Assembly: GCA_026991395.1 (NCBI GenBank)
Contig: JALXBP010000057.1
Location: 733 to 64,732, forward strand
DNA length: 64,000 bases
From: Anaerolineae bacterium
GTDB lineage: Bacteria > Chloroflexota > Anaerolineae > B4-G1 > SLSP01
Direction of reading: 5' to 3'
The translations under genes were made by a program, and so were the position numbers. Within the stretch, counting starts at the first letter, position 1. Each line of letters opens with the position of its first letter. The notes below the pieces were generated by a model. It saw nothing but the letters and a program-made list of their open reading frames with translations, was not told where the DNA came from and did no database searches. Positions 9,507 through 22,747 of this stretch are shown here, piece after piece.

Positions 9507-11287
9507 TAGCGATCCACCTCCCCCATCGTCAGATCGATGCTGCCGAGCACCGTTACGATGTCGGCCACCTTCAGCCCGCGCGTCATATCGCTGAGCGCCG
9601 TCAGATTGAGCAGCGAGGTCGAGCGAATGTGGTAGCGGTAGGGATTGAACTTCCCCAGCGAGACGAGGTAGAAGCCCAGTTCCCCCTTCGGCGCTTCGAT
9701 GCGTCCGTAAGTCTCGCCTGCGGGCACCTTCAGGCGGTGCGAGGGCTTCTTCGCCACGATGGGGCCTTCGGGGATATTCTCCAGCACCTGGCGGAGGATG
9801 CGCAGACTCTGCCAAATCTCGTCGAAGCGGATGGCGAGCCGGTCGTAAGCATCGCCGTGCGTGCGGACGGCCACGTCGAAGTCGAGTTGATCGTAGAGGC
9901 TGTACGGCTCGGCGCGGCGGATGTCGTAGGCGACGCCGCTGGCACGCAGGACGGGGCCGGTGATGCCGGAGGCGATGGCCACGTCGGGCGGCAGCACGCC
10001 GACGCCCATCGTTCGCGCCTTGACCACGTCGTTGTCGAGGAGGAAGTGGGCCATCTGCTCCACCTTGCGCGGGATGCGCTCGTAGGCCAGGGCTTTGGCC
10101 TTCTCCAGCCATCCCTCCGGCAGGTCGTAGCGGACGCCGCCGGGGCGCATGTAGTTGAACATCATCCGCGCGCCGGAAAGCGCCTCGAAGAGGTCGAGGA
10201 TGTGCTCGCGTTCCTCCAGCGCGTAGAGCGAGCCGGTGAAGTAGAGGCCCAGTTCGTTGCTGAAGAAGCCCGCGGCGAGCATATGGTTGACGATACGGGA
10301 GAACTCGCCCACGATGACGCGGATGTATTCGGCCCGTTCCGGCACCTCCCAGCCGAGCAGCTTTTCCAGCGCGACTATGTAGGCCCAGTTGTTCGTCATC
10401 CCGTTGATGTAGTCCAGCCGGTCGGTGAAGGGGATATTCTGAATCCAGGTGTTGCGCTCGCCGATCTTCTCGTGGTTGCGGTGCAGATAGCCGAAGACCG
10501 GCTCCAGGTGGCGGACCGTCTCCCCGTCGAGCCGCACGGCCATGCGGAAGACGCCGTGCGTGCTGGGATGGTGCGGCCCGAAGTTGATGATCATCTCATC
10601 GGTCTTCAGCGGCTTGTCGGGATCGCGGTGGGCGGAAAGCATCCGCTCGTAGAGCAAGCGGTCGGCCTCGTCGTAGTCCCACGCCTGCGGCGACCATCCT
10701 TCGGGGTAGCGGATGTTATCCTTGAGCGGCGAAAGCTCCTCGGCGTAGATGGGATGGCCGCCCTTGGGATAGCGGCTTCGGTAGGGCTTCGTCTCCCCCT
10801 CGTAGTAGACCTCTTTCCAGTCCTTGCGCAGCGGGTAGCCGTCGAAGCCCTCCCACATCAGCAGGCGGCGCAGGTCGGGATGGCCGTCGAACTTGACGCC
10901 GAACATATCGTACACCTCGCGCTCCTGGAGCATCGCCGAGGGGAAGAGCGAGGTTACGGAGGGCAGGTGCGCCTTGCCGATCTCGCGGGGGATTTCGACG
11001 TGCAGCGCGGCGTAGCCGCCCTGCATACGGAAGAGGTGATAGACAACGTCGATGTGGGGTTCGACGCCCTTCACGTCGAGATAGTCGGTCGCCGTGAGGT
11101 TGGAAAGGAAGATGTAGCCCAGTTCATCGCGCAAGAAGCGGACGACCTCGACGATCTTCTCCGCGGGGACGAGCGCCCCCTCGTAGCGGGCCGGTTGGAC
11201 GGCCTCGGGGAAGCGCTCCTGCAGGGCCTGGAAGGTCTCTTGCGGAATCCCTTTGAGCTGAACGGCTTCCTGCGGCGTTTCAGCCAT
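9506..11287 (-). CDS. nuoCD: NADH-quinone oxidoreductase fused subunits C and D
   Basis: NuoC-like N-terminal ~180 aa followed by NuoD ([18 protein letters not shown]). 593 aa. Confidence 0.9.
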   Translation of the reverse strand: MAETPQEAVQLKGIPQETFQALQERFPEAVQPARYEGALVPAEKIVEVVRFLRDELGYIFLSNLTATDYLDVKGVEPHIDVVYHLFRMQGGYAALHVEIPREIGKAHLPSVTSLFPSAMLQEREVYDMFGVKFDGHPDLRRLLMWEGFDGYPLRKDWKEVYYEGETKPYRSRYPKGGHPIYAEELSPLKDNIRYPEGWSPQAWDYDEADRLLYERMLSAHRDPDKPLKTDEMIINFGPHHPSTHGVFRMAVRLDGETVRHLEPVFGYLHRNHEKIGERNTWIQNIPFTDRLDYINGMTNNWAYIVALEKLLGWEVPERAEYIRVIVGEFSRIVNHMLAAGFFSNELGLYFTGSLYALEEREHILDLFEALSGARMMFNYMRPGGVRYDLPEGWLEKAKALAYERIPRKVEQMAHFLLDNDVVKARTMGVGVLPPDVAIASGITGPVLRASGVAYDIRRAEPYSLYDQLDFDVAVRTHGDAYDRLAIRFDEIWQSLRILRQVLENIPEGPIVAKKPSHRLKVPAGETYGRIEAPKGELGFYLVSLGKFNPYRYHIRSTSLLNLTALSDMTRGLKVADIVTVLGSIDLTMGEVDR

Positions 11288-11903
11288 GGACGGCCTCCTT
11301 TTCTCCCGCCGCCTCCATCAGCGGCTCGAAGCGACGCCAATCGACCAGGTCCGGGCCTAACGCGGGGATAGGGACGCCATCGTCCACGCCCTTCTGATAG
11401 GCCTTGATGTCGCGGATGCGCTCGTGCTCGAAGCGGGCGTGGAGCGCGAGGAAGGCATGGATGAGTGCCTCCGGGCGTGGCGGGCAGCCGGGGATGTACA
11501 CATCCACCGGCAGGAGCTTGTCCACACCGGAGACGACGGCGTACCCTTCCTTGAAGGGGCCGCCGGAGATGGCGCATGCCCCCATCGCGATGACGTATTT
11601 CGGCTCCGGCATCTGATTGTAGAGCCGGACGACCTGGGGGGCCATCTTCTTCGTCACCGTGCCGCTGACGATGAGGAGATCGGCCTGGCGGGGACTGGGG
11701 CGCATAATCTCCATCCCGAAGCGGGCGATGTCATAACGCGAGGCCGCCGCCGCGATCATCTCGAAGGCGCAGCAGGCGAGACCGAAGAGCATCGGCCAGA
11801 GGGAACGCTTCCGCGCCCAGGCGAAGAGCTGATCGAAGGTGGTCAGTTTGACCGTGCCCTGGAGTTCCGGCGGAATCTCCGGCAAATTTTCCACATCTCT
11901 CAT
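11280..11903 (-). CDS. nuoB: NADH-quinone oxidoreductase subunit B
   Basis: [19 protein letters not shown] and [13 protein letters not shown] cluster motifs. Start taken at MRDVENLP with a GGAGG RBS; the annotated upstream extension is unlikely. Confidence 0.88.
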   Translation of the reverse strand: MRDVENLPEIPPELQGTVKLTTFDQLFAWARKRSLWPMLFGLACCAFEMIAAAASRYDIARFGMEIMRPSPRQADLLIVSGTVTKKMAPQVVRLYNQMPEPKYVIAMGACAISGGPFKEGYAVVSGVDKLLPVDVYIPGCPPRPEALIHAFLALHARFEHERIRDIKAYQKGVDDGVPIPALGPDLVDWRRFEPLMEAAGEKEAVHG

Positions 11904-11960
11904 ATCGTGAGCCTCCTGCCCGGATAGGTTAACGGCGCTCGGAACGCCACGCGCCGGAAG

Positions 11961-12042
11961 TGGGGAAGGCGGGACTCGAACCCGCACGCCTTGCGGCACG
12001 TGATCCTAAGTCACGCTCGTCTGCCCGTTCCGACACTTCCCC
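11961..12042 (-). tRNA. tRNA-Leu (anticodon UAG), long variable arm
   Basis: Minus-strand read GGGGAAGTG...CGTGA-CTTAGGA-TCACG...GCGGGTTCGAGTCCCGC-CTTCCCC-A. Perfect 7-bp acceptor stem, GTTCGAGTC T-loop, anticodon loop CTTAGGA. 82 nt, CCA not encoded. Confidence 0.85.
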
Positions 12043-12156
12043 GCGCCAGCGAGCTTGCCTGTCCAATTATAGCGTCCTCCACCTTCTGGACAAGCGCCCG
12101 CGCACCTTTTCTTCTTCCTTGCGGATGTTATAATCCCCACGAGACAGGGAGAACGG

Positions 12157-13125
12157 ATGAAGCTCATTATTCAAATTCCTTGCTACAATGAGGAGGCGAC
12201 GCTGCCCGTAACGCTGGCCCATCTTCCCCGTGAGGTGCCCGGTATCGACGTCGTGGAATATTTGGTCGTCGATGACGGGAGCACGGATCGCACGGCGGAG
12301 GTGGCCCGCGAACTGGGGGTTCATCACATCGTGCGCCACCGCCGCAATCGAGGGCTGGCCCGCACCTTCATCACCGGGCTGGAGGCGGCGCTCGAGGCGG
12401 GGGCAGACATCATCGTCAACACCGATGCCGACAATCAGTACCCCGGCGAGGAGATTCCCCGCCTGGTGCAGCCCATCCTGGAGGGGCGGGCGGACATCGT
12501 CATCGGCGACCGTCAGGTGATGCGGCATCCCTACTTTTCGCCGCTCAAGCGGCGTTTGCAGCGTCTGGGGAGCGATATGGTCGCCAGGGCCGCTGGTTTT
12601 CCCATCCCCGATGCGACGAGCGGCTTCCGGGCGCTGAGCCGCGATGCCGCCCTGCGCACGATCGTCGTCAGCAGCTACTCCTACACGCTGGAGACGCTGA
12701 TCCAGGCGGGGTCGCAGCGGCTGGCCGTCGTCTCCGTGCCCATCGGCGTGAACGAGGTAACCCGCCCCTCCCGTCTGATGCGCAGTATCGGGCACTTCCT
12801 CCTCAATTCGGGCGCGACGATCATCCGCGCTTACACGATGTATCGCCCGCTGCGGGTCTTCACGGTGTTGAGCCTGTGGATCACGGCGCTGGGCGTGCTC
12901 CTGGGCCTGCGCTACTTCTACTTCTTCATCACCGCGCACGGGGTAGGCCATGTGCAGTCGCTCATCGTGATGGCGGTGCTCCTGATCATCGGCTTGCAGA
13001 CCTTCCTCATCGGCCTCGTCGCCGACCTGGTCAGCTTCAACCGCAAGATTCTGGAGGAGGTTACCTATCGGCTTCGGCGGCTGGAGATGGAACGCGATGG
13101 AGAAGAGGATGCGCACGATGCTTGA
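12157..13125 (+). CDS. Family 2 glycosyltransferase (dolichyl-phosphate/polyprenyl-phosphate sugar transferase-like)
   Basis: N-terminal IQIPCYNEE...[10 protein letters not shown]2 (GT-A) motifs and C-terminal TM helices. TGtTATAAT extended -10 at ~12127-12134. Confidence 0.85.
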   Translation: MKLIIQIPCYNEEATLPVTLAHLPREVPGIDVVEYLVVDDGSTDRTAEVARELGVHHIVRHRRNRGLARTFITGLEAALEAGADIIVNTDADNQYPGEEIPRLVQPILEGRADIVIGDRQVMRHPYFSPLKRRLQRLGSDMVARAAGFPIPDATSGFRALSRDAALRTIVVSSYSYTLETLIQAGSQRLAVVSVPIGVNEVTRPSRLMRSIGHFLLNSGATIIRAYTMYRPLRVFTVLSLWITALGVLLGLRYFYFFITAHGVGHVQSLIVMAVLLIIGLQTFLIGLVADLVSFNRKILEEVTYRLRRLEMERDGEEDAHDA

Positions 13126-13930
13126 GGCGGGACGCGAGTGCTGGGCCTATCGCGATCTGCTCTTCAACCTCGTCGCCCGCGACCTGAAGACGCGCTACAA
13201 GAACTCCTTCCTGGGAGTTATCTGGTCCTGGCTCAATCCGCTGCTGATGATGCTCGTCTTCACCTTTGTCTTCAAGGTGATGCGGGGGCAGGGGATGGCG
13301 AACTTCCACATCTTCGTCCTCAGCGGGCTGCTGCCCTGGAACTACTTTTCCGGGGCCTTGCTGGGCGGCATTCGGAGCCTCGTCGGCAATGCCAGCCTCA
13401 TCAAGAAGGTCTATTTCCCGCGGGAAATTCTCCCCGCTTCGCTCGTGCTCTCCTCGCTGGTCAACTTCCTCATCGCGCTGCCCGTACTCTTCGGGCTGGC
13501 GTTCTTCTCCGGCGTCCACCTGACCGCCTGGGTGCTGTTGCTGCCGCTCCCCATTCTCGTGGAGACGATCTTCACCTTGGGTATCGTCCTGCTCCTCTCG
13601 ACGCTGGAGGTCTTCTACCGCGACGTGCATATGATTATGGACGTGGTTACCCTCGCCTGGTTCTTCCTGACGCCGATCTTCTACGACCTGCACCAGTTGC
13701 CTGCCACGCCGATCTTCACGCTCTTCGGGCGACCGGTTACGGCGGCGCGGCTGGTGATGTGGCTCAACCCGATGGCCTCGATCATCAACACCTACCAGGA
13801 CCTGATCTACCGAGGGTATCCCACCGCCCTTGACTTTCTGGCGCGCACGGCGGCGACGTCCGTGCTCGTCTTTCTCGTGGGCTACGGCATTTTCCTCAAA
13901 TACCGGGGCCGTTTTGGTGAGGAACTCTAA
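13097..13930 (+). CDS. ABC-2 type polysaccharide/teichoic acid exporter permease (TagG/Wzm-like)
   Basis: [40 protein letters not shown] is the hallmark ABC-2 permease N-terminus; 6 TM helices. No cognate ATPase adjacent. Confidence 0.85.
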   Translation: MEKRMRTMLEAGRECWAYRDLLFNLVARDLKTRYKNSFLGVIWSWLNPLLMMLVFTFVFKVMRGQGMANFHIFVLSGLLPWNYFSGALLGGIRSLVGNASLIKKVYFPREILPASLVLSSLVNFLIALPVLFGLAFFSGVHLTAWVLLLPLPILVETIFTLGIVLLLSTLEVFYRDVHMIMDVVTLAWFFLTPIFYDLHQLPATPIFTLFGRPVTAARLVMWLNPMASIINTYQDLIYRGYPTALDFLARTAATSVLVFLVGYGIFLKYRGRFGEEL

Positions 13931-13956
13931 CGCACTTTGAAGAAGGAGGTCGAGAG

Positions 13957-15294
13957 ATGCTGATCACCCATGCCAAGGTTGCTACGTTGGGGGAGGAGCC
14001 TCGTCTCATCGAGGACGGGGCACTGCTCATCCGCGACGGGAAGATCGCGGCTATCGACACGACGATGGCGTTGGCGACCGCCTATCCCGATGAGGAGCGG
14101 CTGGATGCCGACGGCCAACTGGCGCTACCCGCCAATCTCTGCGGGCACACCCATTTCTACGGGGCCTTCGCCCGTGGCTGGGCCTTCCCCGGCCCGCCCC
14201 CGACCCGTTTCGGCGAGATTCTGGAGCGGCTCTGGTGGCGGCTGGACAAGGCGCTCACCTTGGAGGATGTGCGCTACTCGGCGCTGGTCTGCCTGGTCGA
14301 TGCGGTGCGCCACGGGACGACGACGCTCATCGATCACCACGCCAGCCCCAACGCCATCGAGGGATCGCTCGACGTGATCGCCGAGGCGGTGGTGCAATCC
14401 GGCATCCGCGCCTCGCTCTGCTACGAGGTTACCGACCGCGACGGGGAGGCGCGCGCGCAGGCCGGGATCGCGGAGAACGTCCGCTTCTTCGAGCGGATGC
14501 AGGCCGAACCGCACCCGCAGCTCGCCGCCTCCTTCGGGCTGCACGCCTCGCTGACGCTGAGCGATGCGACGCTGGAGGCCGTCGTCGCCGCCGCCGAGGG
14601 GCTGGGCACCGGCTTTCACATCCACGCCGCCGAGGGGGTGGAGGACGTGGAGGACAGCCTGGCCAAGTCGGGCAAGCGCGTCATCCACCGGCTGCACGAA
14701 GCGGGCATCCTGGGGCCGCGCTCCATCGTCGCCCACGCCGTCCACGTGGACGAGAGCGAGATGGCCGTGCTCGCCGAGACGCGGACGAACGTAACCCATC
14801 AGCCGCGCTCGAATATGAACAACGCCGTCGGCACGGCACAGGTGGAAAAGATGCTCGCCCAGGGCGTCCAAATCTCGCTCGGCAACGACGGCTTCAGCAA
14901 CAATATGTTCGCCGAGATGAAGACGGCCTACCTCGTCCACAAGCTGGCGCAGCGCGATCCGCGGGCGATGCCCGGCGACCTCGTCTTCCGCCTGGCCTAC
15001 GGCGAGAACGCCCGTCTGGCCCGCATCTTCTGGCCCGACCAGAAGCTCGGCGAACTGACGGTCGGCGCGATGGCCGACATCGTCCTCATCGACTACAAGC
15101 CGACGACGCCGATGACGGCAGGGAACCTGCCGTGGCATATGCTCTTCGGCTACGAAGCCTCGATGATCACGACGACGATCAGCGCGGGCAAGGTGCTGAT
15201 GCGCGACCGCAAGCTCCTCACGTTAGACGAGGAGGCGATCACCGCCCGCTCGCGCGAGTTGGCGGCGAAGCTGTGGGAGCGTGCCTCGCAGTGA
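13957..15294 (+). CDS. Amidohydrolase-family protein (SsnA/chlorohydrolase-like metal-dependent deaminase)
   Basis: HTHFYGAFARG metal-binding HxH region; amidohydrolase-wide similarity. GAAGGAGG RBS. Confidence 0.75.
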   Translation: MLITHAKVATLGEEPRLIEDGALLIRDGKIAAIDTTMALATAYPDEERLDADGQLALPANLCGHTHFYGAFARGWAFPGPPPTRFGEILERLWWRLDKALTLEDVRYSALVCLVDAVRHGTTTLIDHHASPNAIEGSLDVIAEAVVQSGIRASLCYEVTDRDGEARAQAGIAENVRFFERMQAEPHPQLAASFGLHASLTLSDATLEAVVAAAEGLGTGFHIHAAEGVEDVEDSLAKSGKRVIHRLHEAGILGPRSIVAHAVHVDESEMAVLAETRTNVTHQPRSNMNNAVGTAQVEKMLAQGVQISLGNDGFSNNMFAEMKTAYLVHKLAQRDPRAMPGDLVFRLAYGENARLARIFWPDQKLGELTVGAMADIVLIDYKPTTPMTAGNLPWHMLFGYEASMITTTISAGKVLMRDRKLLTLDEEAITARSRELAAKLWERASQ

Positions 15295-15301
15295 GGACGA
15301 G

Positions 15302-16309
15302 GTGAGCCGTCGAGGGTCTCTCCGGGCGGGATGGGTGGCGCTCGTGCTGACGGGATGGCTGGCGGGCTGCGGCGGGGTGCTCACCCCCGTCCTGCCGACG
15401 CCGACCCCCGCCCCTGTGGCCGCGGTCTCGGCGACGGCAACGCTGGCCCCGGAAGCCTATCTCACGCCCATCCCCCCGACGCCGACCTTCACGCCGACCC
15501 CGACGCCGACCCCCGTCATCCACGTGGTGGAAAGCGGGGATACGCTCTTCGGTATCGCGCTCGAATACGGCGTCGCTCCGGAAGCCATCCAGCAGGCCAA
15601 CGGGTTGGACGACCCGCAGTACCTGCGTGTGGGACAGGCGCTCATCATCCCCATCGGGACGGAGGAGCCGCAGAGCGCCGATGTCGCCCCCGCGGATGCG
15701 CTGATTCTGCCGACGCCGACGCCGCTCCCGCTGGAGCCGTCGGCGATTGCGCTGCACCCGACGGCCGTCGGCGGCCTGTGGTGCATGGGGGAGATCGTCA
15801 ACACGCAAGACGCGGCGGTTACCAACGTGCAGGTGGAGGTCGTCCTCGTGGACGGCGAGGGGCGGCCCCTGGTCTCTCGGCGGACATTGGCGGCGGTGGA
15901 CGATCTGGGGCCGGACGAGGGTGCCCCCTTTGCCGTCCTCTTCGACGCGCCGCCCGATGGCGTCGAGGGCTGCCGCGTGAAGCTCATCCGTGCGGAGCGG
16001 ATAAGTGAGATTACGGCGGCGCTGCGTCCGCTGGCGGTGGTGGGGGCGGAAGGGCGTCCCGCTGGCCCGCAATACCGCGTAACGGGTTCGCTGCTCAATC
16101 AAAACGGCGTGACGGTGGGGCGTATCCGTGTCGTCGTGACCCTGTACGATGAGGAGGGGAAGGTGCTCACCTATCGCGAGATGGCCTTCCCCGATGACCG
16201 GCTGCTCCCCGACGGGGTGGCCCTGCCTTTCGACCTGGCGCTGACGCCAGTTGGCGGGCGGGAACCGGCGTCCTTCCGCGTGTTGGCGTGGGGGACGGCG
16301 CAGCCGTAA
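15302..16309 (+). CDS. LysM-domain lipoprotein with a Thr/Pro-rich linker and two C-terminal domains of unknown function
   Basis: Lipobox LAGC. Linker PTPTPAP...TPTPTPTP. LysM motif VVESGDTLFGIALEYGV..I..AN.L....L.VGQ.L.IP. GTG start (15302) preferred over ATG 15281, which lies inside the upstream gene. Confidence 0.75.
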   Translation: MSRRGSLRAGWVALVLTGWLAGCGGVLTPVLPTPTPAPVAAVSATATLAPEAYLTPIPPTPTFTPTPTPTPVIHVVESGDTLFGIALEYGVAPEAIQQANGLDDPQYLRVGQALIIPIGTEEPQSADVAPADALILPTPTPLPLEPSAIALHPTAVGGLWCMGEIVNTQDAAVTNVQVEVVLVDGEGRPLVSRRTLAAVDDLGPDEGAPFAVLFDAPPDGVEGCRVKLIRAERISEITAALRPLAVVGAEGRPAGPQYRVTGSLLNQNGVTVGRIRVVVTLYDEEGKVLTYREMAFPDDRLLPDGVALPFDLALTPVGGREPASFRVLAWGTAQP

Positions 16310-16323
16310 GCGAAGGAGGTGGT

Positions 16324-17031
16324 ATGACGATGGAGGTGGATTGGGCGACGAAGGAGGAGATTCTCTACGGCAGTCCGGCTTACTGGCGGCTGGTCAGGAT
16401 GATGCGGTTTCTCTACAACCTCGTCGGGAAGGTGGAGATCGTCGGCGCGGAGAAGATTCCGCGTGAAGGCGGGGTGATCATCGCCATCAACCACTTGGGT
16501 CGGCTCGATACACCCCTGGTCGCCATCGCCTCCCCGCGCAAGCTCACGCCTTTCGGCGCGGCGAAGTACCGCTCGTGGCCCATCTTCCGCCAACTGATGG
16601 AAGCGGCCAATGTCATCTGGGTGCAGCGGGGCGAGATCGATCGCGAAGCGTTGCAGAAGGCACTGGCCGTGCTCCGCTTGGGGGGCGGTCTGGGGATCGC
16701 GCCGGAAGGGACCCGTTCGCCGACGCGGGCGCTCCAGCGCGGCAAGGAGGGCGTGGCCTACCTGGCTTCGCGTGCCGACGTCCCCATCGTTCCGGCGGGG
16801 GTTACGGGCACGGAGCGCCTCAAGGATGACTTGGGCCGCTTGCGGCGGATGCATATGCGGATCGTCTTTGGGGAGCCCTTCCGCCTGCCCGCCGGGCGGC
16901 TCCGGGGCGACGAACTGACCGAGGCCGCCGATTTGGTGATGCGCAAGATCGCGGCGCTGCTTCCTCCCGCCTATCGGGGCGTCTATGCCGAGGCGGTCGG
17001 CGGCGGGGGCGTGCCGCAGGATGTGCGATAG
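16324..17031 (+). CDS. plsC: 1-acyl-sn-glycerol-3-phosphate acyltransferase (LPLAT family)
   Basis: Acyltransferase motifs INHLGRLD (NHxxxxD) and IAPEGTRS. Confidence 0.8.
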   Translation: MTMEVDWATKEEILYGSPAYWRLVRMMRFLYNLVGKVEIVGAEKIPREGGVIIAINHLGRLDTPLVAIASPRKLTPFGAAKYRSWPIFRQLMEAANVIWVQRGEIDREALQKALAVLRLGGGLGIAPEGTRSPTRALQRGKEGVAYLASRADVPIVPAGVTGTERLKDDLGRLRRMHMRIVFGEPFRLPAGRLRGDELTEAADLVMRKIAALLPPAYRGVYAEAVGGGGVPQDVR

Positions 17032-17041
17032 ACTTGCTATC

Positions 17042-17065
17042 CTCATCCCCAGAGGGATGAGGACG
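17042..17065 (+). terminator. Hairpin after plsC
   Basis: cctcatcccc-agag-gggatgagg stem-loop. Confidence 0.4.
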
Positions 17066-17174
17066 AGGCGCGGTTGGACAATCTGTGGGAATTAGTGTAT
17101 CATCGGGCTGATTGACTCCACTCGCAGTATCTCGGGGATGAGGGCGCATAATCCAAGGGCAGGGAGGAAAGTCG

Positions 17175-18835
<1,661 letters not shown>

Positions 18836-18839
<4 letters not shown>

Positions 18840-19720
18840 GCAATCTCTACAAGCTGCGACGCCGCATTCGGAGCACGCGCAACGTCTCGCAGGTTACCAA
18901 GGCGATGCAGGCGGTCTCCGCCGCCAAGCTCGGTCGTGTGCGCCAGATGCTGGAGGAATCCCGTCCCTACCGGCATTGGACGCGGCACATTTTGCAGGAG
19001 CTTTCGCGGCATTCGCAGGCCATCCGCGGCTCGCATCCCCTCCTCATCCATCCTGCCCCCGTGGAGCGGGCGTTGGTCATCGTGATCAGCGCCGACCGCG
19101 GCCTGTGCGGGACCTACATCCAGGCCGTCATCCATCAGGCGACCCACTGCGTCGGCAAGGGCGTGGCGGTGGATTACCTTTCCGTGGGCAAGAAGGGGAC
19201 GAGCACGCTGGCGCTGCTCAACGAGCACGTCATCGCCTCCTTCGACATTCCCCGTGCCCTGCCATCGTACAGGCTGGCCCGACAGGCGGCGGTGATGGCG
19301 ATGGATGAGTTCACCGGCGGCACCTATCAGGAGGTGTACGTGGCCTACACGCACTTCCGCAATCTCCTCATCCACGAAGCGAAATGCGAACGTCTCCTCC
19401 CTCTCCACCTGCCGACCGAGGCGGAGATCGAGGAGAAAGGAGGGCTGCCCTTCAGCTTCGAGCCGTCGCCGGAGCAATTGTTGGCTGCCTTCCTGCCGCG
19501 GGCTTTGGAGATGAAGGTGTACAGCCACCTCGTCGAGTCCATCGCCAGCGAGCATTCGGCGCGGATGGTGGCGATGGAGAATGCAACGCGCAACGCGGAT
19601 GAGATGGTGCAGGAACTGACACTGGCCTTCAACAAGGCGCGCCAGCGGCGCATCACGCGGGAGATTTTGGACATCGCAGGCGGGGCCGAAGGTCTGAACA
19701 ATCGCGAAAAACGACCGTAA
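18836..19720 (+). CDS. atpG: F0F1 ATP synthase subunit gamma
   Basis: N-terminal [26 protein letters not shown] and C-terminal ITREILDI gamma-subunit helices. Start overlaps the atpA stop. Confidence 0.9.
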
Positions 19721-21611
<1,891 letters not shown>

Positions 21612-21627
21612 GGAGCGACGAACGATT

Positions 21628-22650
21628 ATGCCACTGAGAGCGGAGTTGGGAATCGATCTGGGCACCGTCAACGTGCTGGTCTACGTGCGCGGAAAAGGCA
21701 TCGTCCTGCAGGAGCCTTCCGTCGTCGCACAGGCCATCAAGACGGGCGAGGTCCTGGCCGTCGGCGAGGAGGCACGTGCCCTGCTTGGCCGCTCGCCGGA
21801 TACGATCCAGGTGCGGCGGCCCCTGCGCGATGGCGTCATCGCCGAGTTCAACGTAACGCGGCAGATGCTCAAGCACTTCATCGATGCGGCGGTGGGGAGC
21901 GGCTTCCTGGCCCGCTTCATCAAACCGGTAGTGATGATCACCGTCCCCTTCGGGGTTACGCAGGTCGAGCGTCAGGCCGTGCGCGACGCTGCCCTCGATG
22001 CCGGTGCGTGGAAAGCCTACCTCATCCCCGAACCCTTCGCCGGGGCGATCGGGGCCGGATTGCCCATCCACACGCCGGGCGGCCACATGGTCATCGACCT
22101 GGGCGGGGGCACGAGTGAAGCGGCGGTCCTTTCCACCTACGGCGTCGTAGCCGCGCACGCGGTGCGCGTCGGCGGCATCCGCATGGACGAGGCGATCATC
22201 TCCTACGTGCGCCGAAAGTACAGCCTGGTCATCGGCCAGCCGTCGGCGGAGGAGGCGAAGATTCGCATCGGGGCGGCCATGCTCGCCGAAGATGATCCCG
22301 TCTATCGGATGGAGGTGCAGGGGCGCGACCAGGCGACCGGTTTGCCGCGCAGCGTGGAGATCGCCACGGAGGACATCGTGGAGGCGTTGGAGGAGCCGCT
22401 CTCCTCCATTGTGGGGATGGTCAAATCGGTGCTGGAGCAGACGCCGCCGGAGTTGGCCTCCGACATCATCGACCGGGGGATGACGCTCATCGGCGGCGGG
22501 GCGCTCCTGCGCAACATCGATCGGCTCCTCACGCAGGAGACGGGCGTGCCGGTCTACGTGGCCGATGCCCCGATGGCCTGCGTGGCCGTCGGGGCGGGCA
22601 AGGCGCTCAGCCGACGGCGGACGTTGATGCGCACGCTGCCGGAGATGTAA
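21628..22650 (+). CDS. mreB: Rod shape-determining protein MreB
   Basis: LGIDLGTVNVLVYV...actin-fold motifs; MreB-wide similarity. Confidence 0.93.
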   Translation: MPLRAELGIDLGTVNVLVYVRGKGIVLQEPSVVAQAIKTGEVLAVGEEARALLGRSPDTIQVRRPLRDGVIAEFNVTRQMLKHFIDAAVGSGFLARFIKPVVMITVPFGVTQVERQAVRDAALDAGAWKAYLIPEPFAGAIGAGLPIHTPGGHMVIDLGGGTSEAAVLSTYGVVAAHAVRVGGIRMDEAIISYVRRKYSLVIGQPSAEEAKIRIGAAMLAEDDPVYRMEVQGRDQATGLPRSVEIATEDIVEALEEPLSSIVGMVKSVLEQTPPELASDIIDRGMTLIGGGALLRNIDRLLTQETGVPVYVADAPMACVAVGAGKALSRRRTLMRTLPEM

Positions 22651-22747
22651 CGGCACTACAGGGCGATCTCAGGGTCGCCCTCTTTTTTGCCTGTTTCGTG
22701 CTGCGGCGTACTATGAACTCGAATCCCTCTGTACAAAGGAGGTCGGT

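Noticed and set aside
11904-12156. Possible prophage or integrative element next to tRNA-Leu, and next to tmRNA at 42107
   Set aside because: No integrase, excisionase, direct repeat of the tRNA 3' end, or phage-like genes on either side. The flanking genes are housekeeping.
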